Source: Octopus bimaculoides
Taxonomy: Eukaryota
Assembly: GCF_001194135.2 (NCBI RefSeq)
Contig: NC_068991.1
Location: 53,554,308-53,618,307, forward strand
Length of the DNA: 64,000 nt
Direction of reading: 5' to 3'
Positions within the stretch are counted from its first letter, which is position 1, and every line of letters starts with the position of its first letter. A program made the translations under genes and the position numbers. Shown piece after piece: positions 1 through 12,523 of this stretch. The notes below the pieces were generated by a model, which did not search any database, was not told the origin of the DNA, and saw nothing but the letters and a program-made list of their open reading frames with translations.

Positions 1-1732
1 TCTCGATAAAAACTAGTCTAGCAAATTAAATTTAGAGTAATTTTACAAAATTTCCCTACTTAAACTTAAGTCACTTAAATGTGATACTTTTCTGAATTTA
101 GCTGTTTTGCTTGGATAATGTGACTCCACCTTAAATTGTTTATTCCCTACTTTAGATAAGGACTTGCTTAGGAAGCAAATTCTTGTCAGATTTAATTAAG
201 ACCGAAGAAAATTTATTTTCAGTGAACTTCATCAATATAGAATCCAAAAAGTCCTTGGAGTGTCTTAATGACTCTAAATTTTGCTGACAGCTAAGTTTTA
301 CACATTTTTTCCACAGAATTTAATTTTGGGTGGTAGTTCAGGACATTTTTTTTAATTAAGATTTTTTTCAATACATATCAATTTGCTGTGCACTTGAAAT
401 ATCAAGCATTGGTAACTCCTGGCTGTTTTCAGATTGTGCCATATCTTGTCAGTTCCTTACTCCATTGGTAAACAATCTATAGATTCAACAACTTTTTAAA
501 AGTGTTATTAATAGCTTTGAGTTTTAAATGAAAAATCTCATATCCACTCTAGTAAGAGTTGTACTAGAATTCTTTTGTGTTGTGGGAAGGTCATTATGCT
601 AATAATAAACACACAAACTGGTTCTATTTCACTTCTCTATTTTTATTTTTCAATTAGTTAACATTTAAGCCGTAAACTAATTGATCGATTAATTGTTTGG
701 TCAATCAAGTAGGTTTGTCAAAGTCCTTTTGTTGCAGTCGTTACCTCATCAGTAACATGTTCTGTTCAAGTCTGTCTAGAAGTTTCTCATTTACTGTCAA
801 AGTTACAGGAAATGGTTTGATCATCAGATATACAACTGCATAAGATATGCAGTTTCTATATATTTCCAAGTGTTCTTGTCTTTTCTTGAGAGAGGATGTA
901 GATACCCATATCCTTGACCTCCTTTAGCTGTTCTGTAATGCAGATGTGAATTGCATGATTATCTTTGGTATCCCTTGTCAATCAAGTCAAGTATTACAGA
1001 TGATGATGTTGAGGTTATTATTGCATCATTGCTGAGAAGCAAAACAAAATCCTTCAGTTTTTTTTTATGTGAGATCTTTATCATCTGGAAAAGGTCAAAT
1101 GTCTTTTGATCATTCTATGGAATTTTTTTTTTTTTTCTGTAGTATGGCAGCAGTTTAACCATAATTTTCCTCCTTGAAACATTTTGTCAGTTATGNNNNN
1201 NNNNNNNNNNNNNNNNNNNNNNNNNNNNNNNNNNNNNNNNNNNNNNNNNNNNNNNNNNNNNNNNNNNNNNNNNNNNNNNNNNNNNNNNNNNNNNNNNNNN
1301 NNNNNNNNNNNNNNNNNNNNNNNNNNNNNNNNNNNNNNNNNNNNNNNNNNNNNNNNNNNNNNNNNNNNNNNNNNNNNNNNNNNNNNNNNNNNNNNNNNNN
1401 NNNNNNNNNNNNNNNNNNNNNNNNNNTATATATATGTTTGTATATATTTATGTGTGTCTTTGTATCTGTGTTTATCCTCCTGCCCATAGTTTGATAACCG
1501 ATGTTGGTGTGTTTATGTCCCACACATTTTTTTCTCTCTTTACTTTTTTGTTCTCTCTTCATTTTTTTCCCTCTTCATTTTTTTCCCTCTCAGCCCTTTC
1601 TGCCAAAGAGTGTAGACTTGAAATATCAAAGACTTTTCCATTCTTCCCAAGCATCATACTAATACACCTGCTTGTTGTTCCCTCATCTGTCTTCATTTTC
1701 TGTTTCCTGTAAATTTGAACTATATATATATA

Positions 1733-2982
1733 TTGGGACATCCCATAAATAATGCGATTTTTACAATTGCATGAACTAAAAGTCGGAGGAGGGATGGGAT
1801 AAACTACCTGCATCAATTTGTTATAAAAGCAGGTAGTAATTTTACCTTGTACTTATTCTCAGTGCAAGTTTTGAAGAGTGCAATTTGATTTTAACAGTTA
1901 TTTTTTCAAAGCTATAATGCGGGTGACAAAGGAGCACATTTGGCATATTTTGCTTTATGAGTTCAATAAAGGCAACAACACAATGGAAAGTGTGAGGAAT
2001 ATTAATGCAGTATATGGGGATCAGACAATAAGCATAAGCCAGTGTCAAGAAGATACGCCTCATCCAGGAAGATCCGTAAAGCTTGACGAGGACATCCTGA
2101 AAACTCTGGCAGAAGAAAATCCCATTGTAACTGCTGAGGAACTAGCAGAGATGCTTGGATTTGGTCATTCAAACATTCATCGACACCTGCGTGCCATCGG
2201 AAAAGTCAGCAAATTGGGTCAATGGGTTCCTCACAAACTTTCTGAGTAAATCGCATGTAGAGAGTGAATGTGTGCTCTTCTTTACTGTCACATTTCACGA
2301 ATGAACCTTTTTTGGACTGAATAGTGACTGGTGGTAAGAAATAGGTTCTCTATAAAAATGTCATGTGCCGAAGACAGTGGGTAGGGAAAGGAGAAAAACC
2401 AACACCCCAGACTAAAGACGCTCTTCACCCACGTAAGGTGTTGTTATCTGTTTGGTGGAATATGGAAGGTTTAGTCCACTTTGAACTTTTAAACCCAAAC
2501 CAAATGATAACAAAGGAGATCTTGTGCAAGCAGCTTGAGCGGCTTAAATCAGCGCTAGAAGAAAAATGACCTTGTTTGGTTTCAAAATGAAAGGTGTTCT
2601 TCCATCAGGATAATGCTCTGCCACATATAGTGAGGATGACATTCTAAAGGCTGGAGCAACTTGTATGGGAAATGATGCCCCACCCACCATTTTTGCTGGA
2701 CATTGCCCCATCTGATTATCATTTATTCCACAGTTTTCAAAATCATTTGGACAGAAAAGATATGAATTCTGTAGATGAGGTCAGAACAGTACTGGAGGCA
2801 TATTTTTCATGACAGACAAGTGAATTTTGGAAGAGGGGCCTTGCAAGTCTACCAGATAGATGCAAGAGCATTGTAAAAAATGAAGGAGAGTATATTTTAG
2901 ATTAAAAAAGAACTTCGTTTGTCTTAATTTTGAAAAATAAAAGAAGTATAAAAAAAACTGCATTATTTATGGGATGACCCAA
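1733..2982 (+). mobile_element. Full-length mariner (DD34D) DNA transposon, inactive
   Basis: TIRs TTGGGACATCCCATAAATAATGCG (from 1733) and its near-perfect reverse complement ending at 2982. TA on both sides, inserted in a (TA)n run. About 1.25 kb. Confidence 0.95.
1917..2905 (+). pseudogene. Mariner transposase pseudogene (stops, frameshifts, one internal deletion)
   Basis: Motifs MRVTKEHIWHILLYEF, HPGRS, WVPHKLSE, HPRKVLLSVWWN, FHQDNA and DIAPSDYHLF, spread across several frames. Confidence 0.93.
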
Positions 2983-3059
2983 TATATATATACATATATA
3001 TAAAAGTGAGAGAGTATATATATATATATATATATATATGGAGAATGTACGAAAAAAAC

Positions 3060-3200
3060 AACAACAGACGAGGACAGGTGGTGTAAACAACAAAAGGATG
3101 TATTAGTATGACGCTCGGGAATACGGAAAGTCTTTAACGTTTCAAGCTACGCTCTTCAACAGAAAGAATACGGAGACAAGGAGAAAAACACGGAGAAAAA
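3060..3200 (-). mobile_element. Penelope-like element terminal remnant with minimal hammerhead-like motif
   Basis: Minus strand TCTTT-CTGTTGA-A-GAGC-GTA-GCTT-GAAACGTT-AAAGA at 3131-3167. Sits between (TA)n and a gap/(CA)n. Confidence 0.55.
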
Positions 3201-3210
3201 NNNNNNNNNN

Positions 3211-3279
<69 letters not shown>

Positions 3280-4029
3280 GTTAGTAAATCATAATTCTGA
3301 AAGAGAAATACATTCAAAGTTATATAGCAGTAGAGTAATTAGGAAGTCCTGAGACGCACAAGCCAAACAAGTCAATTATGGATTGTAGTCTAAGAGAGAC
3401 AATCCCTTGCACTTAACCCTTCTCCTTTATCTGTGTGTTCAACAACTAGCCACGAGGTCTTTTCTCCCTTCACTTTGAAGAGACGTTATAGGCCACTGGC
3501 CATTGGGGTCTGAAGAGACACTGTAAATCTAAGCGCTTTATGGACATAAAACCCAGGGTAATCCTCTTAGACTAGCCATAACTATCTTTATCTAATTATA
3601 TATAGTGTGTGTACCTGATTCTTTGATTCTCTTCTAGCTATTTTATGTTTTTCTCTACCATTGATTTTCAGCCTTCTGAAGCCTGTCTCTTAGTTGTACT
3701 GCTTCTGTTTACAATATTGTTTCAGCATCACATCACTTGGCATTTTTTATTTAAATGAGGTACTAAAGATGCTACAGGATGTTTTTAAACATTCATGTTT
3801 GTCATTGGTATTTGTAGCCGGACAGGAAATTAGCTATGATAATATCACCTCAGGTCACATCATCATCATTGTCATCATCTTCACCACCACCACCTATTTT
3901 CTATAGTCGGTATACAGTGAAAGCTTATAATTCTATTTAATAAATCTTCAGTCACTACCATTTTCTAATTCATGCATAATTCGCACACGTTTACATGTAT
4001 ACACATATATATATTTGTGACATCATGCA

Positions 4030-4245
4030 GGAAATGATAGTATCACCATCATACAAGAAGCACCTTTTGTTTCCATTCTTCCATGTAAACATATTTGGCC
4101 ATAGGGAAATATTACCTTGCTTGGAAGCATGTGTAGGTTATTAACAGGAAGAACCTCCAGCAGTAGAAAATCTTCCTCGATGAATTTCGTTTGACCCATG
4201 CAAGCATGCGAAAGTGGATGTAAAACGATGATGATGGTGATGATG
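4030..4245 (+). repeat. RTE-type 3' tail fragment ending in (GAT)n
   Basis: Similar to the RTE tails at 17490-17645; ends GTAAAACGATGATGATGG. Confidence 0.7.
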
Positions 4246-4967
4246 GTACTCACTGGAAGAATATTTTAAATCTTATCTTTCAAATACAAATTGCTGAGCA
4301 ATTTCTTGTATGAAATGCAACCAGTTGTAAATTGCTTCTTGATCTTAACCTTTGTTGCAATAAAAGCAGAAATTCTTAAAATAGTAATTATGCTGAGAAA
4401 ATGAGTTACCTTTTTTTTCCCTTCTTTTTATTATCCTTAAAGTTTGAGTGGAAACAAAGTGATTTTTTTGCTTTTGGTTCCTGTTGTATCCAGTTTATCT
4501 CTGAACTGATTTGTACTTTGTCGTTCATCTAATGAAGCATGCTTTCTTCATTTCTTTGTAGTCTTTGTAGATTCTCTGAATTCAAGGCTCGTGTTACACT
4601 GAAATGCTGTGAGACGGGCCTGGATATGGGCCCTAACTTAAACAAACATATACTGATGAGGGAAATATTTGCATTCTGAAATATAGTTATCAAAGAATAT
4701 TTAATATCAGGAACTATTCATACAATAATGGAACTACATTTATTAAGATTATGAATGTTCTGATATTCATTATATTGTGGCTGATTTCATCTCTAAGGGT
4801 TGTCAGGCATCTTATTCCAGGTTCTCCACATAGTAAACCTGACACCTGCCTTCAAGAAAAATGAACGTTAAATAATGATGATGATGATGATGATGAGTAA
4901 TTTATTGACAACCGCTTATTTCAAACATTTAGACATTTACATTCATGAATTTTATTTTATTTTTAAG

Positions 4968-5098
4968 GGATTGCTGGATTTGAAATAGAAACAAAACTAA
5001 ATTATTGTCAAAGCTCGGTAATGCTCAACAGAAATAATTGAAAAGGAATGGAATTTTACCGTTTTTTTCGCATGGAAATCCCTATCCTTCAAAACAAG
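4968..5098 (+). other. Candidate upstream exon of the glycosyltransferase-like gene (5'UTR or short N-terminal extension MEFYRFFRMEIPILQNK)
   Basis: T-rich acceptor ending AG at 4967. In-frame TGA at 5039, then ATG at 5048. Donor AAG|GTAGTG at 5099 is phase 0, matching the 19198 acceptor. Alternative donor at 5018. Confidence 0.35.
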
Positions 5099-5673
5099 GT
5101 AGTGGGCTTTGAAATTATTTTGTAAATTTCATACATTTTCACTAAACCTTTCTCTCTTTATCTCTCTCTGCCTACCTACATATTAAAATATCTCTTTTAT
5201 GCTCTCTCCATATATTATTCTACCTATTTTTCTCATTGATTTTTTTTGCATTCAATCATTTCTTGCTACCAGTCATAACATAAGTATCTTTTCTTTACTC
5301 CCTAGTTTTCATTGTTTATCATAATTGCATAAAATTATTCTTATTTCTAATAATTTTTGGTAGTTTTTCTTGTTTGCCTGTAAAAATTAAACTACAATTA
5401 GTAATCATCCATAATTATTTCTACAGAGAAAATTAACAATAGGATTTCTTCTATGTAAAACGGCAGTAGTAGTTTTACAGTTTATTCCAGTAATGTATGA
5501 GTAATCTATTATAAGATGCAGGTGTATTCTATACCTGTATTTTGCCAATTCCTAAAGGATAATCTACAAATTTAAGGCTGTTTCTAGATTTCCATAAACT
5601 AAGGCTCCCTTTCACCTTAGCGTCCATAATTCAGGTGATGCAGGAATTATTAATGAATGAACTGGCTGATTAA

Positions 5674-5893
5674 CCCTTTAGCAATTAAACTGGTCATATC
5701 CATTTCAAATATTCTACCTGTTCAAACTGGCCAGTCTAGACTTTCACACCTACCCTACAATGCCATTCTAAAAATAAACCATTACATCATTGAAATCTCA
5801 TGTTTTCAATTACATCATTGAAAGTTATGAGATAATACATGATTACTTCAAAACAATGTGAATAAATAAGCATTAGATTCAAATGCTAAAGGG
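5674..5893. mobile_element. piggyBac-like MITE (TTAA-CCCTTTAGCA...TGCTAAAGGG-TTAA)
   Basis: TTAA at 5670-5673 and 5894-5897, with CCCTTTAGCA terminal inverted repeats. Related copies near 9935, 18887, 25484, 29850 and 30976. Confidence 0.85.
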
Positions 5894-6654
5894 TTAAAAA
5901 TAAATGGTAACAAAGTAACACTTGGTGTAAGTTTGACTTTTCTCATCAGGGTGGAAGATTAACTTTTGTGAAGGAAGTGTTATCATTTGAATAGCTTGCT
6001 GTGTTTTACTGTGTTTTATTTGACTGACAAGAAGAATGGTAAAATCAATTTTGGCAGGAATAGAAGTGTGAATGGATGACATCAGTTACTGTTATATTTC
6101 TGTCAATTCACTAACTCATGGGATCATTAATAAAATAAGTTAAAAAGTATTGTTTGACATTTAGATGCAAGCTGCAAGTTGTGGTGTTGACTATTTTAAA
6201 TTTGAATTAGTTTTGTTTCATCAAAGTCAGTATAATTACAGGCTATCATTAAATATTAATTCATGCTCTTGTCATTATAGACAAAGATTTTAATATAGAT
6301 CCTGGCAGCAATTCCACATAATGTAATGAAACAGTCATATAATGACTGTTATCAGAAATGAGTAAAGTGGTCTTTTCTCTTAAAAATTACAGTGTAGAAG
6401 AGACACATTAACCACTGAAAAACACAGGCGTCGAAATTCTTGTCACCAACTGTGACCCACTCTCTAACAGGATACTACAGCATGTGGAATCCCACTAAAC
6501 CTGCTGCTATTTTTGACTAACAGCCAAGCTCTACATCAGTAGACTGATGAACATTGAGGAAGTTGATTAAATACTGGGAAACAAGTAACAAGATCAACCT
6601 CTGAAGTAGTCTTCTTCTTCAATGTGCACTCTCCATTACACAGTGGTTGCTTGT

Positions 6655-6907
6655 ATGTGGTTTGGTTATGACTGTGTAGCTAAGAAGCTTGCTTTGCAAC
6701 TATGTGGTTTTGGGTTCAGTCCCATTATGTGGCACCTTGGGTAAGTGTTTCCTACTATAGCCATTGGTCAATCTATGCCTTGCAAGTGAATTTGGTAATT
6801 AGAAACTGTGTGGAAGCTCATGATATTTATGCATGTGTGTGTGTGTGTATGTATGTGTGTGTGTGTGTATATATGTATGTGTGTGTATATATGTATGTGT
6901 GTGTATA

Positions 6908-6940
<33 letters not shown>

Positions 6941-7458
6941 GTGTGTGTATATGTGTATATATATATGTGTGTGTGTATGTGTGTATATCTATGTATAATA
7001 TATATATATATATATATATAATAAATATGTATAATAGGCGCAGGAGTGGCTGTGTGGTTAGTAGCTTGCTTACCGACCACATGGTTCTGGGTTCAGTCCC
7101 ACTGCATGACACCTTGGACAAGTGTCATCTGCTATAGTTTCGGGGCAACCAAAGCTTTGTGAGTGGATTTGGGAGATGGAAACTGAAAGAAGCCTGTCGT
7201 ATATATGTATATATGTGTGNNNNNNNNNNNNNNNNNNNNNNNNNNNNNNNNNNNNNNNNNNNNNNNNNNNNNNNNNNNNNNNNNNNNNNNNNNNNNNNNN
7301 NNNNNNNNNNNNNNNNNNNNNNNNNNNNNNNNNNNNNNNNNNNNNNNNNNNNNNNNNNNNNNNNNNNNNNNNNNNNNNNNNNNNNNNNNNNNNNNNNNNN
7401 NNNNNNNNNNNNNNNNNNNNNNNNNNNNNNNNNNNNNNNNNNNNNNNNNNNNAAAGAG

Positions 7459-7498
<40 letters not shown>

Positions 7499-7692
7499 CA
7501 AATAGTAAATGAGTATATGCATATATACGTACAGGTATGTGCATACCGACATCCACCTGTATGTATAGGTGCATATCTGGGTACAGGACATTGCAAACAA
7601 AACGTAGATGAGAAAACACACAAGCCACATAGAGAACATTCTACTTCATCAGCTACCCCTGTTTTAACACCGGCGTTTCGAAGAGCTGGGCA

Positions 7693-7734
<42 letters not shown>

Positions 7735-7935
7735 GTGTCTGTGTTTATCCCCCCACTATTGCTTGATAACTGATGCTGGTGTGTTTACATCCCCGTCACT
7801 TAGCAGTTGGGCAAAAGAAACCGATAAAATAAGTACTAGGCTTACAAAGAATAAGTCCTGGGGTCGATTTGTTTGAGTAAAGGCAGTACTCCAGCATGGC
7901 CACAGTCAAATGACTGAAACACGTAAAAGAATAAA
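6655..7935 (+). mobile_element. Tandem copies of a composite tRNA-derived SINE (family A: GGCGCAGGAGTGGCTGTGTGG head, internal microsatellite, ...GACTGAAACAAGTAAAAGA tail)
   Basis: Heads at about 6655 and 7036 with a GGTTCAGTCC B-box-like motif and CORE-like CCTTGGGCAAGTG; tail at 7700-7935. Homologous to 14020-14425 and 43635-44040. Confidence 0.85.
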
Positions 7936-8516
7936 AGAATATATATATTTGTATATGTATGTATACGTATGTGTGTGTGCTTGTCCCCCTCCACTTTTGT
8001 CTGTTTCTCTCCCTGTAAGTGAGCAGTTTAGCAAAAGAGACTGCTGTTTGGCTAAGACAGTGCCCCAGCATGGCCATGGTACCATGACTGAAACAAGTAA
8101 AAGATAAAAGATAAATCTGTGTCTGCTCAAAGAACTACTTTTAGACCTGCTGCAGAAACTGGAAAAATAGACCTAGAATGCAATTATCTTGATTAGCCAG
8201 GAATTTACTAAAATTGAACAACCAAATCTGAGGTTGGTATTTACCTGTCTTTTGTGTATGTTTTGGTTCCAGTCCTAGACTGGTGACCCTCGATGGACAA
8301 TTGCTGATATTTCAGTTTGGGCTTGTTAATCTGACAAGTTCTCTCCACAGTATGCAGGCAGAACAGTTAAAGCTAGGAAGCCTATTTAAATGATATTAGA
8401 GGATACAAAGCAAGCTTAAATCTACCCAACCTCTAACAGCTATCATGTTGGTGTCATGTTTCTTAACAACATGTAGAAATATTAACCATTTCTGCCCCTG
8501 TACTGTTTGGAAGCAT

Positions 8517-8886
8517 GGAGGCGCAATGGCTCAGTGGTTAGGGCAGTGGACTCGCGGTCATAGGATCGCGGTTTCGATTCCCAGACCAGGTGCTGTGAGT
8601 GTTTATTGAGCGAAACCACCTTAAGCTCCACGAGGCTCCTTCAGGGGATGGTGGCAAACCCTGCTGTACTCTTCCACCACAACTTTCTCTCACTCTTACT
8701 TCCTGTTTCTGTTGTGCCTGTAATTCAAAGGGTCAGCCTTGTCACGCTGAATATCACCAAGAACTACGTTAAGGGTACACGTGTCTGTGGAGTGCTCAGC
8801 CACTTGCATGTTAATTTCACAAGCAGGCTGTTCCGTTGATCGGATGAACTGGAACCCTTGACGTCGCAAGCGACGGAGTGCCAACA
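8517..8886 (+). mobile_element. tRNA-derived SINE (octopus OR-like family) with 14-bp TSD
   Basis: A box TGGCTCAGTGG, B box GGTTTCGATTCC. TSD ACTGTTTGGAAGCA at 8502-8515 and 8887-8900. Near-identical to 57238-57620. Confidence 0.92.
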
Positions 8887-9539
8887 ACTGTTTGGAAGCA
8901 CCACAATATTGCTTTCTTCTTTAGATATAGGTCAATTTATGTTGGAGATCAATATAGTTAACCGAATTAATCCTGGTATATCAGTGATTCTTATATATCT
9001 CCGAGAGACATAAGATAATGTGAATTGTGCAAGGATTTGATTCTAAAATTCTGAGAACCAAAACTAATGTTATCTTTCTTTTCAAACATTGCATTTCTGA
9101 ATAAAGGATAATTTTAAATATCTTATCTTTTATATTTTACTTGTCTCAATCATTGGACTGCAGCCATCCTGGGGCTCTACCTTGAAGGGTTTAGTCAAAT
9201 AAATTGATATCAGTACTTACCTTTTAAGCCTGGTACTTATTGTAATGGTCTCTTATGCTGAATTGCTAAGTCATGGGGACTGACATTGGTTACCAAGTAA
9301 GCTGGAGGATCACACACACACTTATATATATTTATATATATATATATATATATATGATGAGCTTCCACATGGTTTTCATCTACCAAATACACTTACAAGA
9401 GACTGAACCTGAATCCCTGTGGCTATGAAACGATCTCCTTTGCATTTTCCTGCTAACAGAACAAGCTACTGTTACTTGGTAGAAATACTGAATTCAACTG
9501 TATTCAATTATTACAGCTGTATGTTTACTGTTAAACATG

Positions 9540-9800
9540 AAGCATTTCATGTTAACATTTACTTGCTACTGTCATCTCTAACAACCTTCACTGTTTTCTA
9601 GATGACACCTCACCTTTCATACAAGCAACTGTCATCTACACCTAACTTTGACATCCCTTGTCAAACATGCAACTAGACTTACTGACCGGGCACAATCTTT
9701 CCTACCCAGAATGTCAGCCTTTGAAATACTCTTCCTGTAAACATTTTTCCTGTAGACAATATTGACTACGAAGTGTTTAAACCAAGCATCAACTGCTGTT
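9540..9800 (+). mobile_element. Decayed L2/CR1-group LINE 3' end
   Basis: Conceptual translation RAQSFLPRMSA...IFP resembles the SFLPRTxxLWNxLP terminus of CR1/L2 ORF2. Confidence 0.5.
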
Positions 9801-10121
9801 ATTTGACTACCAGTCTTGGGTATTCAAACAATAACTTTGGGACAGTCCCTTCTTTCCCACTTAATACACTCCATCCTATCCAAAAATGGGAAACAAAGAA
9901 ATGATATGAGTCACATATAAGTAGCAGATGTCATTAGCATCCAGATTACTATATCAAATGCAATGCTTATTTATTCACATTGTTTTGAATGAATCATGCA
10001 TTATCTCATAGCATCAAGATTTTGATGAAGTGGTTTTGATGTGTAGTTTTAAAATGACATTGCAGGGTAGGTGTAAAAGGGTGGATATGATCAGTTTGAG
10101 CAGAAAAAAGGTAGATTTTAA

Positions 10122-10349
10122 AGTTTATCTCTGTAGATTTTTTACAGAGTTTAGAGCCAGCTCTGAAATTTATATTTCATATATAGGAAGCATCTATGTA
10201 AACAATGCAATCAAAGATAGAAAGATAGGTAATGGGTGTATATGGATATTTCAGGAGTTATTACTCCTTTTTCAGTGCCACATAATCTCATTATGTACTT
10301 TTCAGTACTGGCTCTAAATTCTATGAAACGAAATCTGCTGAGATAAATT
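10122..10349. mobile_element. 228-bp MITE with TTAA TSD and AG-start TIRs (Kolobok-like)
   Basis: TTAA|AGTTTATCTC...GAGATAAATT|TTAA; inverted arms of about 45 bp. Confidence 0.7.
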
Positions 10350-10544
10350 TTAAGATGAAAACAGCACACTGCGAACACAGAAGTAGGATACGGATGCATA
10401 CATATAGTTGCTCTTTATCCTTTTGCTGCCAACTCACCCAAGACTGTCCCTGATTCTATGATAAAACCTTATTGTGATAGAATTAAAACTATTCATTGAA
10501 GTTACATGCTAATTTATGTTCCAAACACTAGCTTAATAATGACT

Positions 10545-11095
10545 GTTATGGCGATCTTTCGATACCAATCCTCCCTTTTGCTTCAGCGTTTGTTTACATC
10601 AATTCGGCAATTTCCGTAATGAAAGAGGGAAAGGGCGTTAGTCAGCGACAGCTTTGATCTGTTAAGAACACATGCCAGTTATCTCTCTTTCCCCCCCTCT
10701 CTTAAGAACACATGCCAGTTATCTCTCGCTTTCTCTCTCTATCTCTAACCCTAACCTACATGTGTTTTTAAGAGAGTGTGAAAGAGATAGATAGAGAGAG
10801 AGAAAGCGAGAGAGTGTGAAAGAGATAGACAGAGAGAAAGCGAGAGAGTGTGAAAGAGATAGACAGAGAGAGAGAAAGCGAGAGATAAGTGACGTGTTTT
10901 TAAGAGAGGGGGAGGGAGGAGGAAAGAGAGATAACTGGCATGTGTTCTTAAGGGATGGGTTTTCCTGCTGTCTGCTTACCTAACAGATCAAAGCTGTCAC
11001 TGACTAACGTCCTTTCCCTCTTTCTTTACGGAAATTGCCGAACGATTGTCAAACGATTTGGCATTTAGAGAACTTGTACCGAAAGATTGCCCAAC
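10545..11095. mobile_element. Foldback MITE with ~150-bp imperfect inverted arms and internal (AG)-rich minisatellite
   Basis: TTCGGCAATTTCCGTAA...GCTTTGATCTGTTA at about 10603-10663 mirrored at about 10981-11043. Terminal GGCGATCTTTCGATAC versus GTACCGAAAGATTGCC. Confidence 0.85.
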
Positions 11096-12523
11096 GTTTC
11101 GCTGAAACCATTATTATAATAGAATTACATTGGTCTGTTGTTAAGAGTTGTTTAATTACGGAAAAAAACCAGATTTTCTTTTTAGTAACAGCTTTTTTTT
11201 TTGCTTTTAATAATTTTGATTGTATTAAATTTGTAGGTTATTAATTCTTATTTATTATTTTATAACTTTATCCACTTTAAATTTGTAAATTACATTTACT
11301 ATGCCATTCCAAGACTAATTCTTAGTCTGCTTTATTCCTCTTTTCAAGATGTGATATCTTCATTTTGCAAAGTAAGTGAATTTATATAATTTTAATGCTT
11401 ATGATACTGACTGGCTCTACAGATGTCACAAAACAATGGTGATGCTGCTACTGCTAAATATGTATAGTATTTAGATAGTGTTTTGGGGTATTATTGAAGT
11501 TGGTTAAAGCCTAGAGATAATATTTTGCATTGGTGAAAAGAGACGGTTTTAGTTTCCTTTTCAAAGTTTAAGATAATCCAAGATTTTTAAACAGTAATTT
11601 TCAGCCCGTAATATCTTAAATATCGTTTTCAATGGTCATTTTTAGACAGTTTTCGATTGAAAAGGTTTCTCAAAGAAGAGCTCAATGAAGTGAGAAATAA
11701 ATCATGTACTCCTTTCTTTTTCCTTTTTCATGTTCTTTCCTTGTTTTGCAAATTACTTAGTGATCTTACTGGTGCTGATGACATGAAAAAAAAGAAAGCA
11801 CCCAGTACACACCTTATGGTTGTGGGTATTAAGAAGGACATCCAGCTATAGAAACCACACCAAAGCTGACATTGGAGCTTGATGCAGCCTTACAGATCAC
11901 TGATCCTGCCCTTTCTATGCCAGCATTGAAAATGAATATTAAATGATGATGATAATGAAAGATACTTTTGGAGCTTAGAACCATATTTTTAAATGTAGAT
12001 ATAGTCATGTAATAGTAATTAATCTTGCCCACATTTATTAATCTTGCACACATACTTCTTTGGAAGAGAATTCTAACAATAATACAAACAAAATTGTATT
12101 GTTATTTACTTTCCAATTTTTTCTTATCAAAAATTGGGTTGGAATTTCAGCAGTCAGTTTTGGAAATGACAATAACATGAACAAGAACTTCAGTCTTAAT
12201 AAAGGTTAAGAAATTTCCATGTTCATTTTGTTGATATTTCAATCTAGAGAACATAGTTTTCAGAAATATTGATGTTTGTAATATTGCAATAGATTGTTGA
12301 ATGGTAAAACTATAATTTGATGTTTGGCATTTATTTGAAAGTAGTTAAATATTAAAAATAAGTGATATTTTTTGCTTGAGAATGATAGCAAATACTTAGA
12401 GGAGTTGATGTCCTGTAGAAAATGTGGTAAAGTATAAGATAATAAATGTAAATGTTGAGGAAAATATAACCTAGGATTTAATTTAGGGTATTTTTATGAG
12501 TAAAGACTGTTCTTGTCTTTTAG

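Noticed and set aside
4651-4700. CTGATGA...GAAA hammerhead-like cores at 4651 and 6545
   Set aside because: Stem I does not pair and stem II is weak, so at best these are heavily decayed.
6702-7639. Many overlapping ORFs rich in CV, YI, HT or X
   Set aside because: These are translations of microsatellites and N gaps. The same applies to ORFs near 1174, 22771, 37908, 42332, 44353, 46115, 52826, 53165, 56367 and 60272-60618.
7645-7680. Permuted (type II) hammerhead: minus strand GAAAC...CTGATGA
   Set aside because: No UH triplet and no closable stems I or II. The similar motif at 40738-40775 fails too. Both are probably truncated PLE-type remnants.
8240-8400. Exon-like segment (TGDPRWTIADISVWA)
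   Set aside because: The opposite strand resembles a decayed CR1/L2 RT motif (WNxHI...RFG), so it is better explained as old LINE sequence.
8517-8590. tRNA gene
   Set aside because: A and B boxes are present, but there is no complete cloverleaf and the sequence continues into a SINE body with a TSD. The same applies at 57238 and to the other SINE heads.
11761-11960. Coding exon or ORFs 11657-11851 and 11829-12053
   Set aside because: The sequence is a decayed RTE-type 3' tail (AAGGACATCCAGCTATAGAAAC).
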